Shown: positions 19,109-29,850 of the stretch, in pieces | Position numbering within the stretch: position 1 is the stretch's first letter | How the letters are laid out: every line of letters starts with the position of its first letter | Position numbers and translations under genes: made by a program | The notes under the pieces: generated by a model | Told to the model about the DNA's origin: nothing | Seen by the model: the letters and a program-made list of their open reading frames with translations, nothing else | Databases searched by the model: none | Origin: Candidatus Hydrogenedentota bacterium | Lineage (GTDB): Bacteria; Hydrogenedentota; Hydrogenedentia; Hydrogenedentales; SLHB01 | DNA length: 64,000 nucleotides | NCBI GenBank assembly: GCA_963745075.1 | Contig: CAVUWV010000017.1 | Span: 32,001 to 96,000 of the forward strand | Direction of reading: 5' to 3'

Positions 19109-21081
19109 TTCCGACGCCGACGAAAAAGAAGCGCTACGAAGGTTTCGAATCGCGCATCAGTCTTCTGGCCTTTCTGGTGCTCTTCGCGTTGACCGTCCTG
19201 ACGCTCCGGCTTTGGCAGATGCAGATGGTCGAAGGCGCCAAGTACGCGGCCGTGGCCGAACAGCAGCGCCTCATGAACGAACGGCTGCAATCCCCGCGAG
19301 GCGTCATCTACGGGCGCGATGAATCCATCGTTTTGGCCGACAATCGAGCGGCCAGCGACCTCGTGCTCACGCCGGCCTTGTGTCGCGATCCGCAACAAGT
19401 CATATCGACACTCGCGAAACTAGTTCCGATCGATGAGGACGGACTTCGTGAGGCGATTCAGACGGCGGAGCGGCGCCGCACTCCCTACGAGCAGATTGTC
19501 GTGAAGCGCGATATCACCCGCACCGAGTTAAAACGCGTCGAGGAGATGTCGTTTGCCCTGCAAGGGGTCTACACGGTGGCACGGCCACAGCGCCGGTATT
19601 ACTACCAGGACACGGCGGGGCAAATCATCGGCTGGATGAACGAAATCGATCTGAATGAATGGCGTAAACTGCGCCCCCGTTATCATATGGGCGACATGAT
19701 TGGCCGGTCGGGACTGGAGCGGGAATACGAAGATACACTCAAGGGCGTCGACGGGACCATGATCGTCAGCCGGTATAACGGCAGTGTGCCGCAACTTAAG
19801 ACCGACGAACGCGGCAACCCCTACGTCGAAGTCGACAGCAAGGGGCGTACGCTTGAGGTGGAAAAGCGCGTCGATCCCGTGCCTGGCGACTCGATCTTCA
19901 CGACCTTGGACATCGGCCTGCAGCAAAAAGCGGAAAACCTCCTCAAAGGGGATGTCGGCGCCATCGTGGTGCTGGACGCTGACACCGGCGAGGTCCTGGC
20001 TATGGCAAGCACGCCGGGTTACGATCCCAGTGTGTTCGTCACGAACAGTCCCAACCGCACTCAACTCGTCCAAGCGGCACTCGACAAGGATCTCAAGCCC
20101 ACCCTGAGCCGCGCGTACCAATATCAGTATCCGCCCGGTTCGGTTTTCAAAGTGCTGTTGGCGATCGCCGCCCTCGAAGAAGGCGTGATCACGGAGAATA
20201 CGACGTACAGTTGCAGCGGCCTTTTCCATTTGCCCGGCGTTTCGCGGCCGTGGCGCTGCTGGCGCCTGAAGTACGGCGGTCACGGTGGCGTCAGCGTCGT
20301 GGACGCGCTCGCCTACTCCTGCGACGTCTTCTTCTATAACGTGGGGCGTGATCTTGGCGCCGAGAAGATCAAGGAGTGGTCGTCCAAGCTCGGGTTGGGG
20401 GTCAATACGGGCATTGACCTCCCTGGCGAGGTCACGGGGCTGATCCCCGATCCGGAATGGAAGAAACAGATGGCCGTCGCCGCAGGCAAGACCGACCCAT
20501 GGGAACTGAAATGGTATCCCGGTGAAACCATCAATATGTCTATCGGGCAGGGCGCCGTGACCACGACACCCCTACAGAACGCGGTCCTCATGGCGGCCGT
20601 GCTCAATGGGGGGCGCCGCGTCCGGCCCTATTTGAACGTGGAACTTGGCCCAAAAGTCTCCGAGCCCCTGGTCAGCGAGAATACGCTGCGGATCGTCATA
20701 GCCGGTATGCGCAAGTGCGTCGAGCGCGACAACCCGCCCCCGACCGGCACCGGAAAAGAGGCCAAGATCGAAGGCCTGGATATTCTCGGAAAGACCGGTA
20801 CCGCCCAGGTCGCGGCGCTGAAACATGTGAAGAACTACACCAATGAAGAGGACATCCCCTATGCGTTGCGCGATCACGCCCTGTTCATCTCGGGCGTGAC
20901 CGACCGTAAGCCGCACATTGCCGTCAGCGTGATCATCGAACACGGGCTGCACGGCAGCAGGGCCGCGGCGCCGGTCGCGAAGGCGATTTACGAATACTTT
21001 TACCTGCATCGTACGCCCGGCGCCACCTATTCGGACGTGCCCCAACCTATATCCATCGCGCAGCGGGAGGCGGGGGAATGA
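19105..21081 (+). CDS. mrdA: Penicillin-binding protein 2
   Basis: PGSVFK (SxxK), SCD (SxN variant) and KTGTAQ motifs. Confidence 0.95.
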   Translation: MIPTPTKKKRYEGFESRISLLAFLVLFALTVLTLRLWQMQMVEGAKYAAVAEQQRLMNERLQSPRGVIYGRDESIVLADNRAASDLVLTPALCRDPQQVISTLAKLVPIDEDGLREAIQTAERRRTPYEQIVVKRDITRTELKRVEEMSFALQGVYTVARPQRRYYYQDTAGQIIGWMNEIDLNEWRKLRPRYHMGDMIGRSGLEREYEDTLKGVDGTMIVSRYNGSVPQLKTDERGNPYVEVDSKGRTLEVEKRVDPVPGDSIFTTLDIGLQQKAENLLKGDVGAIVVLDADTGEVLAMASTPGYDPSVFVTNSPNRTQLVQAALDKDLKPTLSRAYQYQYPPGSVFKVLLAIAALEEGVITENTTYSCSGLFHLPGVSRPWRCWRLKYGGHGGVSVVDALAYSCDVFFYNVGRDLGAEKIKEWSSKLGLGVNTGIDLPGEVTGLIPDPEWKKQMAVAAGKTDPWELKWYPGETINMSIGQGAVTTTPLQNAVLMAAVLNGGRRVRPYLNVELGPKVSEPLVSENTLRIVIAGMRKCVERDNPPPTGTGKEAKIEGLDILGKTGTAQVAALKHVKNYTNEEDIPYALRDHALFISGVTDRKPHIAVSVIIEHGLHGSRAAAPVAKAIYEYFYLHRTPGATYSDVPQPISIAQREAGE

Positions 21082-22256
21082 GCAACATCGAACGCGATCT
21101 CAACCTCCTCGAAGCCCACATCCACACCTTCAACTACCGGAATCTGCGCCGGCTGGACTGGTTTCTCGTCCTGTTGACGGTGTGCCTGGCGTTCGTCGGG
21201 TTGAGTGCGCTTTACAGCGCCAGTCAAAGCGCTTCGGATGGGTTGCCCTTCTACGAGATGTACTACGTGAAGCAATCGTTGTTCGCGGCCTTTGGCGTTG
21301 CGGTTGCGCTCTTAATGGCCTGCGTGGACTATCGCGCCTTTGTGTCTTTCGCGCCGATTGCCTATGCCGTAGCCGTGATCCTGCTGATCCTCGTCCCGAT
21401 TATCGGTGTCGAGGCCATGGGCGGACAGCACTGGATTCCAATCGGGCCGTTTCGCCTGCAACCTTCCGAACTCAGCAAGATCGCCCTGGTCTACATGCTT
21501 TCCTGGTACTTGGCGCGCGTCCAGGGCCAGCTCCATCGGTTGCTGTTTTTCTTTATTCCTTTCGCCATTTCCGGTCTGCTAGTGGTGCTGATTCTCGTTC
21601 AAGGAGACTTGGGAACCGCGATCGTCGCGGCGCCCATCGTATTTGTGATGCTATTCGCCGCGGGTTGCCGCCGCCTTTACTTGGCTGCCATAATCGCCGC
21701 CGGTCTCATCGCCGCACCGGTGCTGTATTTCAATCTCGACAATCTGCCCCTGAAAGAACACCAGCGAATCCGAATCGTTTCGTTCTTTCATCCGGAAGCC
21801 GATCCCGAATATGCCACTGGTTCGGGGTATCAGATCGAACAGACCAAGATCGCCGTCGGCAGCGGCCAGATGTGGGGCAAAGGTTTCGGCAAAGGAACGC
21901 AGACCCACATGCGCTTCCTGCCCGTGTTCCATACCGACTTTATTTTTGCGCTATACGCCGAGGAAATGGGGTTCGTCGGCGGAGTGATATTGATTGGGCT
22001 GTACGGCCTGTTTCTCCTTCGGGGGTTGGCGCTTGCGCGCGATTGCCCCGATCTGGCCGGCAGCCTTCTCATCGTGGGGAGCGTGAGTATCATCGCGTTC
22101 CACGTGCTCGTGAACATCGCGATCACGCTGAACCTGCTGCCTGTAACCGGTCTGCCATTGCCATTTCTGAGTTACGGGGGCTCGTTTTACCTCACCACGA
22201 TGATGTGCGTGGGCACGATTCTGAGTGTCCACGTGAGAAAGGGATTTTTCGCCTGA
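21078..22256 (+). CDS. rodA: Rod shape-determining protein RodA (SEDS family)
   Basis: QPSE, DLGT, HTDFIF and PFLSYGGS motifs. Confidence 0.95.
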   Translation: MSNIERDLNLLEAHIHTFNYRNLRRLDWFLVLLTVCLAFVGLSALYSASQSASDGLPFYEMYYVKQSLFAAFGVAVALLMACVDYRAFVSFAPIAYAVAVILLILVPIIGVEAMGGQHWIPIGPFRLQPSELSKIALVYMLSWYLARVQGQLHRLLFFFIPFAISGLLVVLILVQGDLGTAIVAAPIVFVMLFAAGCRRLYLAAIIAAGLIAAPVLYFNLDNLPLKEHQRIRIVSFFHPEADPEYATGSGYQIEQTKIAVGSGQMWGKGFGKGTQTHMRFLPVFHTDFIFALYAEEMGFVGGVILIGLYGLFLLRGLALARDCPDLAGSLLIVGSVSIIAFHVLVNIAITLNLLPVTGLPLPFLSYGGSFYLTTMMCVGTILSVHVRKGFFA

Positions 22257-22368
22257 TTCACCGCGAAGATCAGTATTCTGGGTGCCGTCCGCGTACCGGC
22301 GTCGTTGCGCCGGAATACCCGAACCCCATCGATCCGCACCCGGGCTGTGTCTCGCACCAGGAGAAACT

Positions 22369-23889
22369 ATGAAGGAATTCGTCATCAACGTAGAACCCCT
22401 CGAGACACGCATTGCGTTTATCGAGGACAAACGGCTCACCGAATTGCTCATCGACCGCCACGAAAGCCGCAGCGTTGTGGGCAACGTGTACAAAGGCCGG
22501 GTCGATTCGATCGTCCCCGGAATTCAAGCGGCGTTTATCGACATTGGATTTGAGAAAAACGGGTTTCTGTATGTCTCGGATATTGCCGGCGCGGAAGGCA
22601 CTGGCGATTTCGTCTTCGAAGAGGGAACGGCGAAGCCCAAAGAACGTCCTCGCCGCGCAAAGCCCCCCGCGATCGAAAACCTGCTGAAGAAAAACCAGCA
22701 CATCATGGTGCAGGTCAGCAAGGATACCCTGGGCACCAAGGGCGTGCGCCTGACGAACTACGTAACGTTGCCGGGCCGCTACATCGTATTGATGCCGACC
22801 GTCAAACATCTCGGTATCTCGCGGAAAATTGGAAGTGACCGCGAACGCGAACGTCTGCGCAAGACCTTGCAGTCAATCCGCCCATCCGGCGTGGGCATGA
22901 TTCTACGAACCGCGGGCGAGGGCAAAAAGAAATCCGATTTTCAAGAGGACATCAAGTATCTCTCGAAAGTCTGGACCGACGTAAAGGAAAAGATGGAGAA
23001 GGCCAAGGGGCCGAGCCTGCTTCATGAAGATCTTAGTCCGATCCTGCGGGTCGTTCGCGACATGTTCACCAAGGACGTTGACAAGCTGACCATCGATTCG
23101 CCGCAAGAGCACAAGCGGATCAATTCGTTTCTGGACTCCTTTGCGCCCAACCTCAAGAAACGAATCAGGCTTTACAACGGCAAGCGACCCATCTTCGACA
23201 AGTTTAATCTTGAAAAGGAAATCGAAAAAGCCCTGCACCGGAGGGTATTCCTCAAGAGTGGCGGCCACATCTGTATCGACCAGACCGAGGCGCTCGTCGC
23301 CATCGACGTGAATACCGGCCGGTTCACGGGCAGCAAGCATCTCGAAGAAACCGTGTTAAAGACGAACCTCGAAGCCGCCGAGGAGATCGCACGGCAAGTG
23401 CGCCTCCGCGACCTGGGCGGCATTATCGTAATCGATTTCATCGACATGCAGTACGAGAAGAACCGGAAAGAACTCATCCGGAAATTGCAGGAATGCCTCA
23501 AAGCCGACCGGGCCAAGACGACCATTTCGGAAATCAGCGAACTCGGCATGATCGAAATGACGCGCAAACGCGTCAAACACAACCTGGTCAAAGCGCTCTC
23601 GCAGCCCTGCCCCTATTGCGAAGGCAGCGGCATGGTGCGATCCGTCACCACCATGACTTTCGATACAATCCGCAAACTGCACGCGTTGTTCTGCAAGTCC
23701 AAGGAACGGCGTATCATCCTTCAACTGCACCCGGATGTCGCGCGACGGTTGCGCACGGAAAACAAAGAACTTCTGGACGACGTCGCTAAACGCTTCGATC
23801 GCGAGATTTCCATCGAATCCGTATCGGACTACCACATTCACGATATCAAGGTACTCAGCACGCGGACCCGCCAGGAAATTGCGCTCTAG
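22369..23889 (+). CDS. rng: Ribonuclease E/G family (RNase G-sized)
   Basis: S1 domain GNVYKG..QAAFIDIG, IDVNTG, IDFIDM, CPYCEGSG. Confidence 0.93.
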   Translation: MKEFVINVEPLETRIAFIEDKRLTELLIDRHESRSVVGNVYKGRVDSIVPGIQAAFIDIGFEKNGFLYVSDIAGAEGTGDFVFEEGTAKPKERPRRAKPPAIENLLKKNQHIMVQVSKDTLGTKGVRLTNYVTLPGRYIVLMPTVKHLGISRKIGSDRERERLRKTLQSIRPSGVGMILRTAGEGKKKSDFQEDIKYLSKVWTDVKEKMEKAKGPSLLHEDLSPILRVVRDMFTKDVDKLTIDSPQEHKRINSFLDSFAPNLKKRIRLYNGKRPIFDKFNLEKEIEKALHRRVFLKSGGHICIDQTEALVAIDVNTGRFTGSKHLEETVLKTNLEAAEEIARQVRLRDLGGIIVIDFIDMQYEKNRKELIRKLQECLKADRAKTTISEISELGMIEMTRKRVKHNLVKALSQPCPYCEGSGMVRSVTTMTFDTIRKLHALFCKSKERRIILQLHPDVARRLRTENKELLDDVAKRFDREISIESVSDYHIHDIKVLSTRTRQEIAL

Positions 23890-23965
23890 GTTGCCGCGGA
23901 TGAAGGGTTGACGCTTCCCTCCCGACGCGGGTACCATCTGCCGACGCGGTCTGGAAATCTTACTG

Positions 23966-24877
23966 ATGCACATTCGAGACATATTCGACAAACACGCGAC
24001 GACGTTCTCCTTCGAGTTCTTTCCGCCAAAAACGGCCCAGGCCGCGGAAACGCTGTACTCCACCATCTCGGAACTCGAAGCCTTGAAACCGTCCTTCGTT
24101 TCGGTCACCTATGGAGCCGGCGGATCCACGCGAGAATTGACGCACGACTTGGTGGTCCGTATCCATCGCGAAACATCGCTGGATCCGATCCCGCATCTGA
24201 CCTGCGTATGTCACAGCGAGGACGATATCCAGCGTATCCTGGCGCGTTACGCCGAGGCCGGCGTCACCAATATCCTCGCCTTGGGCGGCGATCCGCCCCG
24301 CGACGTTGCAGGCTACGACCGGGCCGCTGACTTCTTCCGGCACGCCGCCGACCTCGTCCGGTTCGTTCGGAAGTTTAATGCGAGTGGGTCCCACCCCGAC
24401 CCGCGGGGATTCGGCATAGGCGTCGCGGGATTCCCCGAGGGTCATCCTAATACACCGAACCGGCTGCAGGAAATGGATTTCCTGAAGGCGAAGGTGGAAG
24501 CCGGAGCGGACTACATTTGCACCCAGCTATTCTTTGACAATCGCGATTTCTACGACTTCTGCGAACGATGCGAATTGGCCGGTATCCGCGTTCCAATCGT
24601 CGCGGGGATCATGCCGGTCACCACAGCGGGTGGGATGAAGCGCATGGCGGAACTGGCCGCCGGCTCTCGTTTTCCGGCCGCGTTGCTTCGCGCAATTGCT
24701 CGTTGTGGAGCCGATGCGGAAGCAGTAAAACGCGTCGGAATCCATTGGGCCACGGAACAATGCCGCGATCTGCTCGATCACCGTGTGCGCGGTATCCATT
24801 TCTACACACTCAACAAGTCCGATGCGACCCGGCAAATCTATCTGAGCCTGGGTTTGCGCGACAGCGAGTCGTTGTAA
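23966..24877 (+). CDS. metF: 5,10-methylenetetrahydrofolate reductase
   Basis: SFEFFPPK, SVTYGAGG, TQLFFD, HFYTLN motifs. Confidence 0.96.
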   Translation: MHIRDIFDKHATTFSFEFFPPKTAQAAETLYSTISELEALKPSFVSVTYGAGGSTRELTHDLVVRIHRETSLDPIPHLTCVCHSEDDIQRILARYAEAGVTNILALGGDPPRDVAGYDRAADFFRHAADLVRFVRKFNASGSHPDPRGFGIGVAGFPEGHPNTPNRLQEMDFLKAKVEAGADYICTQLFFDNRDFYDFCERCELAGIRVPIVAGIMPVTTAGGMKRMAELAAGSRFPAALLRAIARCGADAEAVKRVGIHWATEQCRDLLDHRVRGIHFYTLNKSDATRQIYLSLGLRDSESL

Positions 24878-25069
24878 GCCACACGATTACGCTAACTTCC
24901 ACCCTCGTGAAATGAATCCCTATGCCTTCCGAATACATCTCCACGTAGCACATTCCCCGCGAACTGCGCCCGGAACGTGATGCGCCGGGAACAATGAGGA
25001 TTCTCCCCGCTGTTTATGCTTGGATGGCTGCAAGACAACGCAACCCGATTGGCAAGGAAAGGAATCAGT

Positions 25070-25633
25070 ATGAAGTACCGGAAACTGCTGTTCACCGCTG
25101 CCGTTTTGACCGTGGCGATTGGTGTGAGTTTCTATTTCGACAACGCTCTGGCACAGACCGACGTTCCGCACCGCGAAATTGGGGACAAAGCGCCCGAAAT
25201 CTCCGTGACCGACTGGATTCAAGGTGGCCCCGTCAAGCTCAGCGATGGCCTAGGCAAGAACGTGTACATCGTCGAGTTTTGGGCGACGTGGTGTCCGCCG
25301 TGTCGCGCGAGCATTCCGCATCTGAACGAACTTTACCAGAAGTACAAGGATCGCGGATTGCAGGTCGTGGCCATCACCCAGGAGGACCCCGACTCGGTCG
25401 CCTCCTTTGTGAAGAATCAGGGCGATAAAATGACCTATCCCGTGGCGATCGACGGCGACGGCAAGATGGCCGATGCCTACATGCTGGCTTTCGGAGAAAA
25501 CGGTATTCCGCATGCCTTTGTCATCGATACGAAGGGCAAAATCGTTTGGCATGGTCACCCCATGGACGATATCGAAGCGGTTATTCAAAAGTATCTGCCG
25601 AAGAAGGAAGACGGTGGTACTGCCAAATCCTGA
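25070..25633 (+). CDS. TlpA-family thiol-disulfide oxidoreductase
   Basis: Signal peptide; FWATWCPPC; GIP cis-Pro loop. Confidence 0.92.
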   Translation: MKYRKLLFTAAVLTVAIGVSFYFDNALAQTDVPHREIGDKAPEISVTDWIQGGPVKLSDGLGKNVYIVEFWATWCPPCRASIPHLNELYQKYKDRGLQVVAITQEDPDSVASFVKNQGDKMTYPVAIDGDGKMADAYMLAFGENGIPHAFVIDTKGKIVWHGHPMDDIEAVIQKYLPKKEDGGTAKS

Positions 25634-25707
25634 GTTCGCGAATTCCGTACGATTGCGTGCACGTATACGGGGAGGCCGAGTGGCGAGCGCTCGTCCTCCT
25701 TTCTCTG

Positions 25708-26352
25708 TTAAAGCTGGTCCAACGGGATATCGAGATTGGGTTTGTCTTCGTATCCTTGAAAGTCGAAGTGCCACCACTCCGTGGGGAACGGAATGAACCC
25801 GTGGCGTACCATGACCCGCTCGAGAATCTCTCGATGGCCGATGGCTTCGGCCGGCAACGCCAGATAATCCCGGTGTGCCCGCTCGGTGAAATCGTCGAAG
25901 CCCGTCGGCATCATGACCTCGTTTTCATCCAGGTCAGCCAACGTGAGGTCCACGGCATACCCCCGATTATGCCGCGAGCCGACATGAGGATCGGCCACAT
26001 AATTCGGATCGGGAAGGATCTCCCAAAACGTCCACTGTACCGAGAGCGGGCGGTACGCGTCGAATACTTTCAGGCGATATCCAAGCGGCCTTAGATCTGC
26101 CTGAACGTCGCGGAGCGCCAGCGCGGCGTCGCGCACGAGAAAGCATCGAGCGGCGGGATAGACCGCTTTCCCCGTGAAGTTGTTATCCGTCGCGTACCGG
26201 ATATCGAGAAGAACGTCCGGAATCACCGCCTCCAGTTCCACCAAACCGGCTTGGGATGGTTGGGAATGCGTGGTGTTGCATCCGACCGCAACGGCCACGC
26301 AAACCCAAATACCAAGCGCAGCGTTCCATCCCCGCCAATGTAAGCCGATCAA
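25708..26352 (-). CDS. ddpX: D-Ala-D-Ala dipeptidase (M15D, VanX/DdpX family), lipoprotein
   Basis: YATDNNF, DAYRP, SRHNRGYAVD, EWWHF; AVGC lipobox. Confidence 0.9.
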   Translation of the reverse strand: MIGLHWRGWNAALGIWVCVAVAVGCNTTHSQPSQAGLVELEAVIPDVLLDIRYATDNNFTGKAVYPAARCFLVRDAALALRDVQADLRPLGYRLKVFDAYRPLSVQWTFWEILPDPNYVADPHVGSRHNRGYAVDLTLADLDENEVMMPTGFDDFTERAHRDYLALPAEAIGHREILERVMVRHGFIPFPTEWWHFDFQGYEDKPNLDIPLDQL

Positions 26353-26377
26353 TGGGCGCGCTCCTTGTGTCCTGCTC

Positions 26378-27343
26378 TTACTCGACCACGACTCTCCACG
26401 TCATACGCCGGTACTCCGTGGCATCACCTCGCACCGGATCCTCCGCCAGGCATTCCAGGGTATGGTCGCCTTTGAGCTTGAATGCATACTGTAACACGGA
26501 CTCGTTGCCCACGAGCTTGCCGTCGGCCGTCCACGTGTACTTCTGAAATCCGGGCGGGCCGTTCAACGTGAATTCTGTCTTTGCCGGCACCTTCCAGGGG
26601 ACGGCCGGTGTCGGATTCACATTGAGGGTTCCGGACCAAGCCGCCACGAGCCCCCCATTTTCCCGTTCCTCGTACTGTATCGAGTTTGGTCCGACCATCG
26701 AAAACACGTAATCGAGCGTGCCCTTTCCCTTGCCTGATTCGACCGTCCTACCATTTACCAGCCAGCGGTATTCGTGTTCCGGGTCGGAACCAAGAGGTAA
26801 TTCGAATGGAAACCCTTCTTGGTATGAGTCGGGAAGCGCGACTCCCACCCGTTCCCGTTTCGCGGGCTGAAGCAGATTCAGTTCCGCCTTCAATTGTTCC
26901 GTGGTAATGCCCATCGCCTTCGCGCGATTTGCAAGGGTTCCAGGCAGGGTGTCCAACGGTGTCTTTATGGTTGCTTTCGCGGGTCCCTGCCGTGTCGCGA
27001 TACGCAGGGTGAACGTCCCCATCTCGACTTGTGCCGGATTCGGGCGAATCGTGAGTACCGCCGGGCCTTCGTCAGACCAATCGATTAGAAACTGGTAGCT
27101 ATAGTTCCTGTCGTCGATCATAGCCCGTGCCCCGCGGACTGCTTCCGAAGGAACCGGTGACCCATCCGAAACAAGGCGAATCGTTGCGCTCTCGTCCAGA
27201 CCCGAAAACGATATGGTTTCAGGCTCGCACGTGACCGGTCCAGCCATGGCGGCGCCACACACGACGAGCAGTGCAACGCCAACACAAAACCCGATCGAGA
27301 AGCACCATGGACGAGTAGAAGTTTTCTTATTCGCGTCAAACAT
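26378..27343 (-). CDS. Secreted hypothetical protein with Ig/PKD-like beta domains
   Basis: Signal peptide; two YxW..(N/D)G repeats in the C-terminal half. Confidence 0.7.
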   Translation of the reverse strand: MFDANKKTSTRPWCFSIGFCVGVALLVVCGAAMAGPVTCEPETISFSGLDESATIRLVSDGSPVPSEAVRGARAMIDDRNYSYQFLIDWSDEGPAVLTIRPNPAQVEMGTFTLRIATRQGPAKATIKTPLDTLPGTLANRAKAMGITTEQLKAELNLLQPAKRERVGVALPDSYQEGFPFELPLGSDPEHEYRWLVNGRTVESGKGKGTLDYVFSMVGPNSIQYEERENGGLVAAWSGTLNVNPTPAVPWKVPAKTEFTLNGPPGFQKYTWTADGKLVGNESVLQYAFKLKGDHTLECLAEDPVRGDATEYRRMTWRVVVE

Positions 27344-27427
27344 AATAGTGGCTCCTACGTTCCCGCGACCCGGATACTCCATATCCGAAACAGCGGCCAG
27401 GGTTCCAAAAATGCCGATTTCGCGATC

Positions 27428-27461
27428 AAAAAAACGCGCCCCGGAGCGACTCCGGGGCGCG
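27428..27461 (-). terminator. Rho-independent terminator of fba
   Basis: 12-bp stem CGCGCCCCGGAG/CTCCGGGGCGCG followed by a T7 tract on the minus strand. Confidence 0.88.
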
Positions 27462-27493
27462 AAACTTGTAGCGAAGAATTGACCTGTGAACGA

Positions 27494-28552
27494 TTATGCC
27501 GTGGCGAGAGTACCGCCCTTAGCATAGACTTCCTTCATGTCTTCGATCGTGATCGGGGCGTAGTCTTTCGCGTGACCGGCCTGGCCGAAGGCGATCATGC
27601 GGGCTTTGTACACTTCATAGGCGGCGTGCCGGGCGGGCTTTAACCAGTCGCGCGGGTCGAACTTCTCCGGCGTCTCCCACAGCACCTTACGCACCGCGCC
27701 GGTCATGGCGAGGCGGCTGTCCGTGTCCACGTTGATCTTGCGGACGCCGTGCTTGATGCCGTCCTGAATCTGATCCACCGGAATGCCGTAGGTGCCCGGC
27801 ATCTTACCGCCGTACTGGTTGATGATGTCGACCAGTTCCTTCGGCACGCTCGACGAGCCGTGCATCACCATGTGGCAGGTCGGCATGCGTTTGTGAATTT
27901 CGTGAATGCGATCCATCGCCAGCGCGGGGGGCAGCATTTCGCCCGTCTTCGGGTCCTTGCGCAACGATTTGTACGCGCCGTGGCTCGTTCCGATCGCCAC
28001 CGCCAGCGCGTCCAGACCGGTCTTCGCAACGAAGTCTTCGGCTTCTTCCGGATTCGTCAAGTGTTCCGTATCGTCCGCAGCAATACCGGCGCCGTGGCCG
28101 TCTTCAATACCGCCCAGACAGCCCAACTCGCCTTCCACAGTTACGCCGACGGCGTGGGCCATTTCGACCACCTTGCGCGTCACTTCCACATTCTGCTCGT
28201 AGGAGTTGGGCGTCTTGCCATCCTCACCCAAGGATCCGTCCATCATGACGGACGAAAACCCCAGATCGATGGCTTCCCGACAGGTATCCGGGCTGTTTCC
28301 GTGATCCAGGTGCATCGCCAGCGGAATCTCGGGGCACTCCTCCACCGCAGCCTGAATCAGGTTGCGAAGATAGATCATCTTGCTGTACTTCAGGGCGCCG
28401 CGGCTGGCCTGGATGATGACCGGGCTCTGGGTCTCCTGGGCGGCTTCCATGATGGCCTGAATCTGTTCCATATTGTTGACGTTGAACGCGCCAACGCCGT
28501 AGCCGCCCTTGGCGGCCTCATCGAGGATTTGTCGCATCGGTACTAGTGGCAT
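27494..28552 (-). CDS. fba: Class II fructose-bisphosphate aldolase
   Basis: [38 protein letters not shown] motifs. Confidence 0.96.
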   Translation of the reverse strand: MPLVPMRQILDEAAKGGYGVGAFNVNNMEQIQAIMEAAQETQSPVIIQASRGALKYSKMIYLRNLIQAAVEECPEIPLAMHLDHGNSPDTCREAIDLGFSSVMMDGSLGEDGKTPNSYEQNVEVTRKVVEMAHAVGVTVEGELGCLGGIEDGHGAGIAADDTEHLTNPEEAEDFVAKTGLDALAVAIGTSHGAYKSLRKDPKTGEMLPPALAMDRIHEIHKRMPTCHMVMHGSSSVPKELVDIINQYGGKMPGTYGIPVDQIQDGIKHGVRKINVDTDSRLAMTGAVRKVLWETPEKFDPRDWLKPARHAAYEVYKARMIAFGQAGHAKDYAPITIEDMKEVYAKGGTLATA

Positions 28553-28797
28553 GGGTCAAAATCTCCTGTGTATGGTCTCGCGGGAGGGCATCCTACGGAC
28601 GGTTTTCCCGCCTTTGTCTAAAAGCAAACACTGGGCGGGAGTATAGCATCCTGTGCCAGATGAGCGCAAAAGAACGAAATCCCAGTGGGGCCGGAATCCC
28701 TCCCCGCGCCGGCAGGAAATCGGCGGAATAGCAGTTCGCCGCGTTTGTGTTCTGCTTATAGTTAGGCTATTCTTGTGGGTCCACATCAGGAGGCGAA

Positions 28798-29730
28798 ATG
28801 CGAATCATCATGGCCAAGCCCCGAGGCTTCTGCGCGGGCGTCGAGCGGGCGATCAAGTGTGTCGAGCAGGCGATCGACCGTTATGGCGCACCGGTTTACG
28901 TGCTGAACGATATCGTTCACAACGCGCATGTTGTCAACGATCTTCGGGCCAAGGGCGCCGTATTTGTAAAGGATATCAACGAGGTTCCCGCCGGCGCGCA
29001 CCTCCTGTTCAGCGCGCACGGGGTCAGCCCCGAACGCTTTGAGCACGCCGAAAAGTACCAGATGGACGTGATCGACGCCACCTGCCCCTTGGTGGAGAAG
29101 GTCCACAACGAAGCGCGCCGGTTTGCGGCCAAGGATTTCACGGTCATCCTCATCGGCGAAGAAGGCCACGACGAAACCGTCGGCACCATGGGCTGGGCGC
29201 CGAACCACATTCGGCTTGTCCTGGACGAGAAAGACGTGGAGGCGCTCGAGGTTCCCAATCCCGATCAGATGTCGTATATTACCCAGACTACCCTGAGCGT
29301 GGAAGACTGCGAACGGGTGATCGCTGCGCTCAGACGCAAGTTCCCCAATATCCAGGGCCCGCCCAAAGCGGATATCTGCTACGCGACCACCAATCGGCAG
29401 GCTGCGGTCAACGCCTTGTCCCCCGAAGTCGACCTCGTGATCGTCGTCGGTGATCGAGAGAGCGCCAATTCCAACCGACTCGCCGAAATCTGCCGCGCCA
29501 AAGGTAAACCCGCGTATCTTATCAGCACCGCCGATATGATTGAAGAGGCGTGGTTGGACGGCGTGGAGTCGATTTTGTTGACCGCGGGCGCTTCGGCCCC
29601 GGAATCGCTTGTCCAGGGGGTCATCGAGTTCTTCAAGGAACGTGGTCCGTTGAAAGTGGAAGAAAGCGAGATCATGATGGAGAACGTCCATTTTAAACTC
29701 CCGGCGGAACTCGCCGCGACCGCCAGGTAA
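28798..29730 (+). CDS. ispH: 4-hydroxy-3-methylbut-2-enyl diphosphate reductase
   Basis: RGFCAGV, IVHN, DATCPLV, DICYATTNRQ, TAGASAPE motifs. Confidence 0.97.
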   Translation: MRIIMAKPRGFCAGVERAIKCVEQAIDRYGAPVYVLNDIVHNAHVVNDLRAKGAVFVKDINEVPAGAHLLFSAHGVSPERFEHAEKYQMDVIDATCPLVEKVHNEARRFAAKDFTVILIGEEGHDETVGTMGWAPNHIRLVLDEKDVEALEVPNPDQMSYITQTTLSVEDCERVIAALRRKFPNIQGPPKADICYATTNRQAAVNALSPEVDLVIVVGDRESANSNRLAEICRAKGKPAYLISTADMIEEAWLDGVESILLTAGASAPESLVQGVIEFFKERGPLKVEESEIMMENVHFKLPAELAATAR

Positions 29731-29850
29731 GCAGTCCATCTTCGTATTGCGTCTCCCTGAGATTTCAACTGGTATACTTACCGTCGGAGCACGTTCGACG
29801 CCGAGGCTGGGTTTCGGAGTGATTCCGAGGATATCCAAGGGGAAGACGCA

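Noticed and set aside
25708..26352. Vancomycin resistance locus (vanX)
   Set aside because: No vanH/vanA/vanRS nearby; lipoprotein DdpX-type homologues are widespread.
27494..28552. Calvin-cycle inference from the aldolase subtype
   Set aside because: No RuBisCO or phosphoribulokinase in the window; this aldolase type is also glycolytic.
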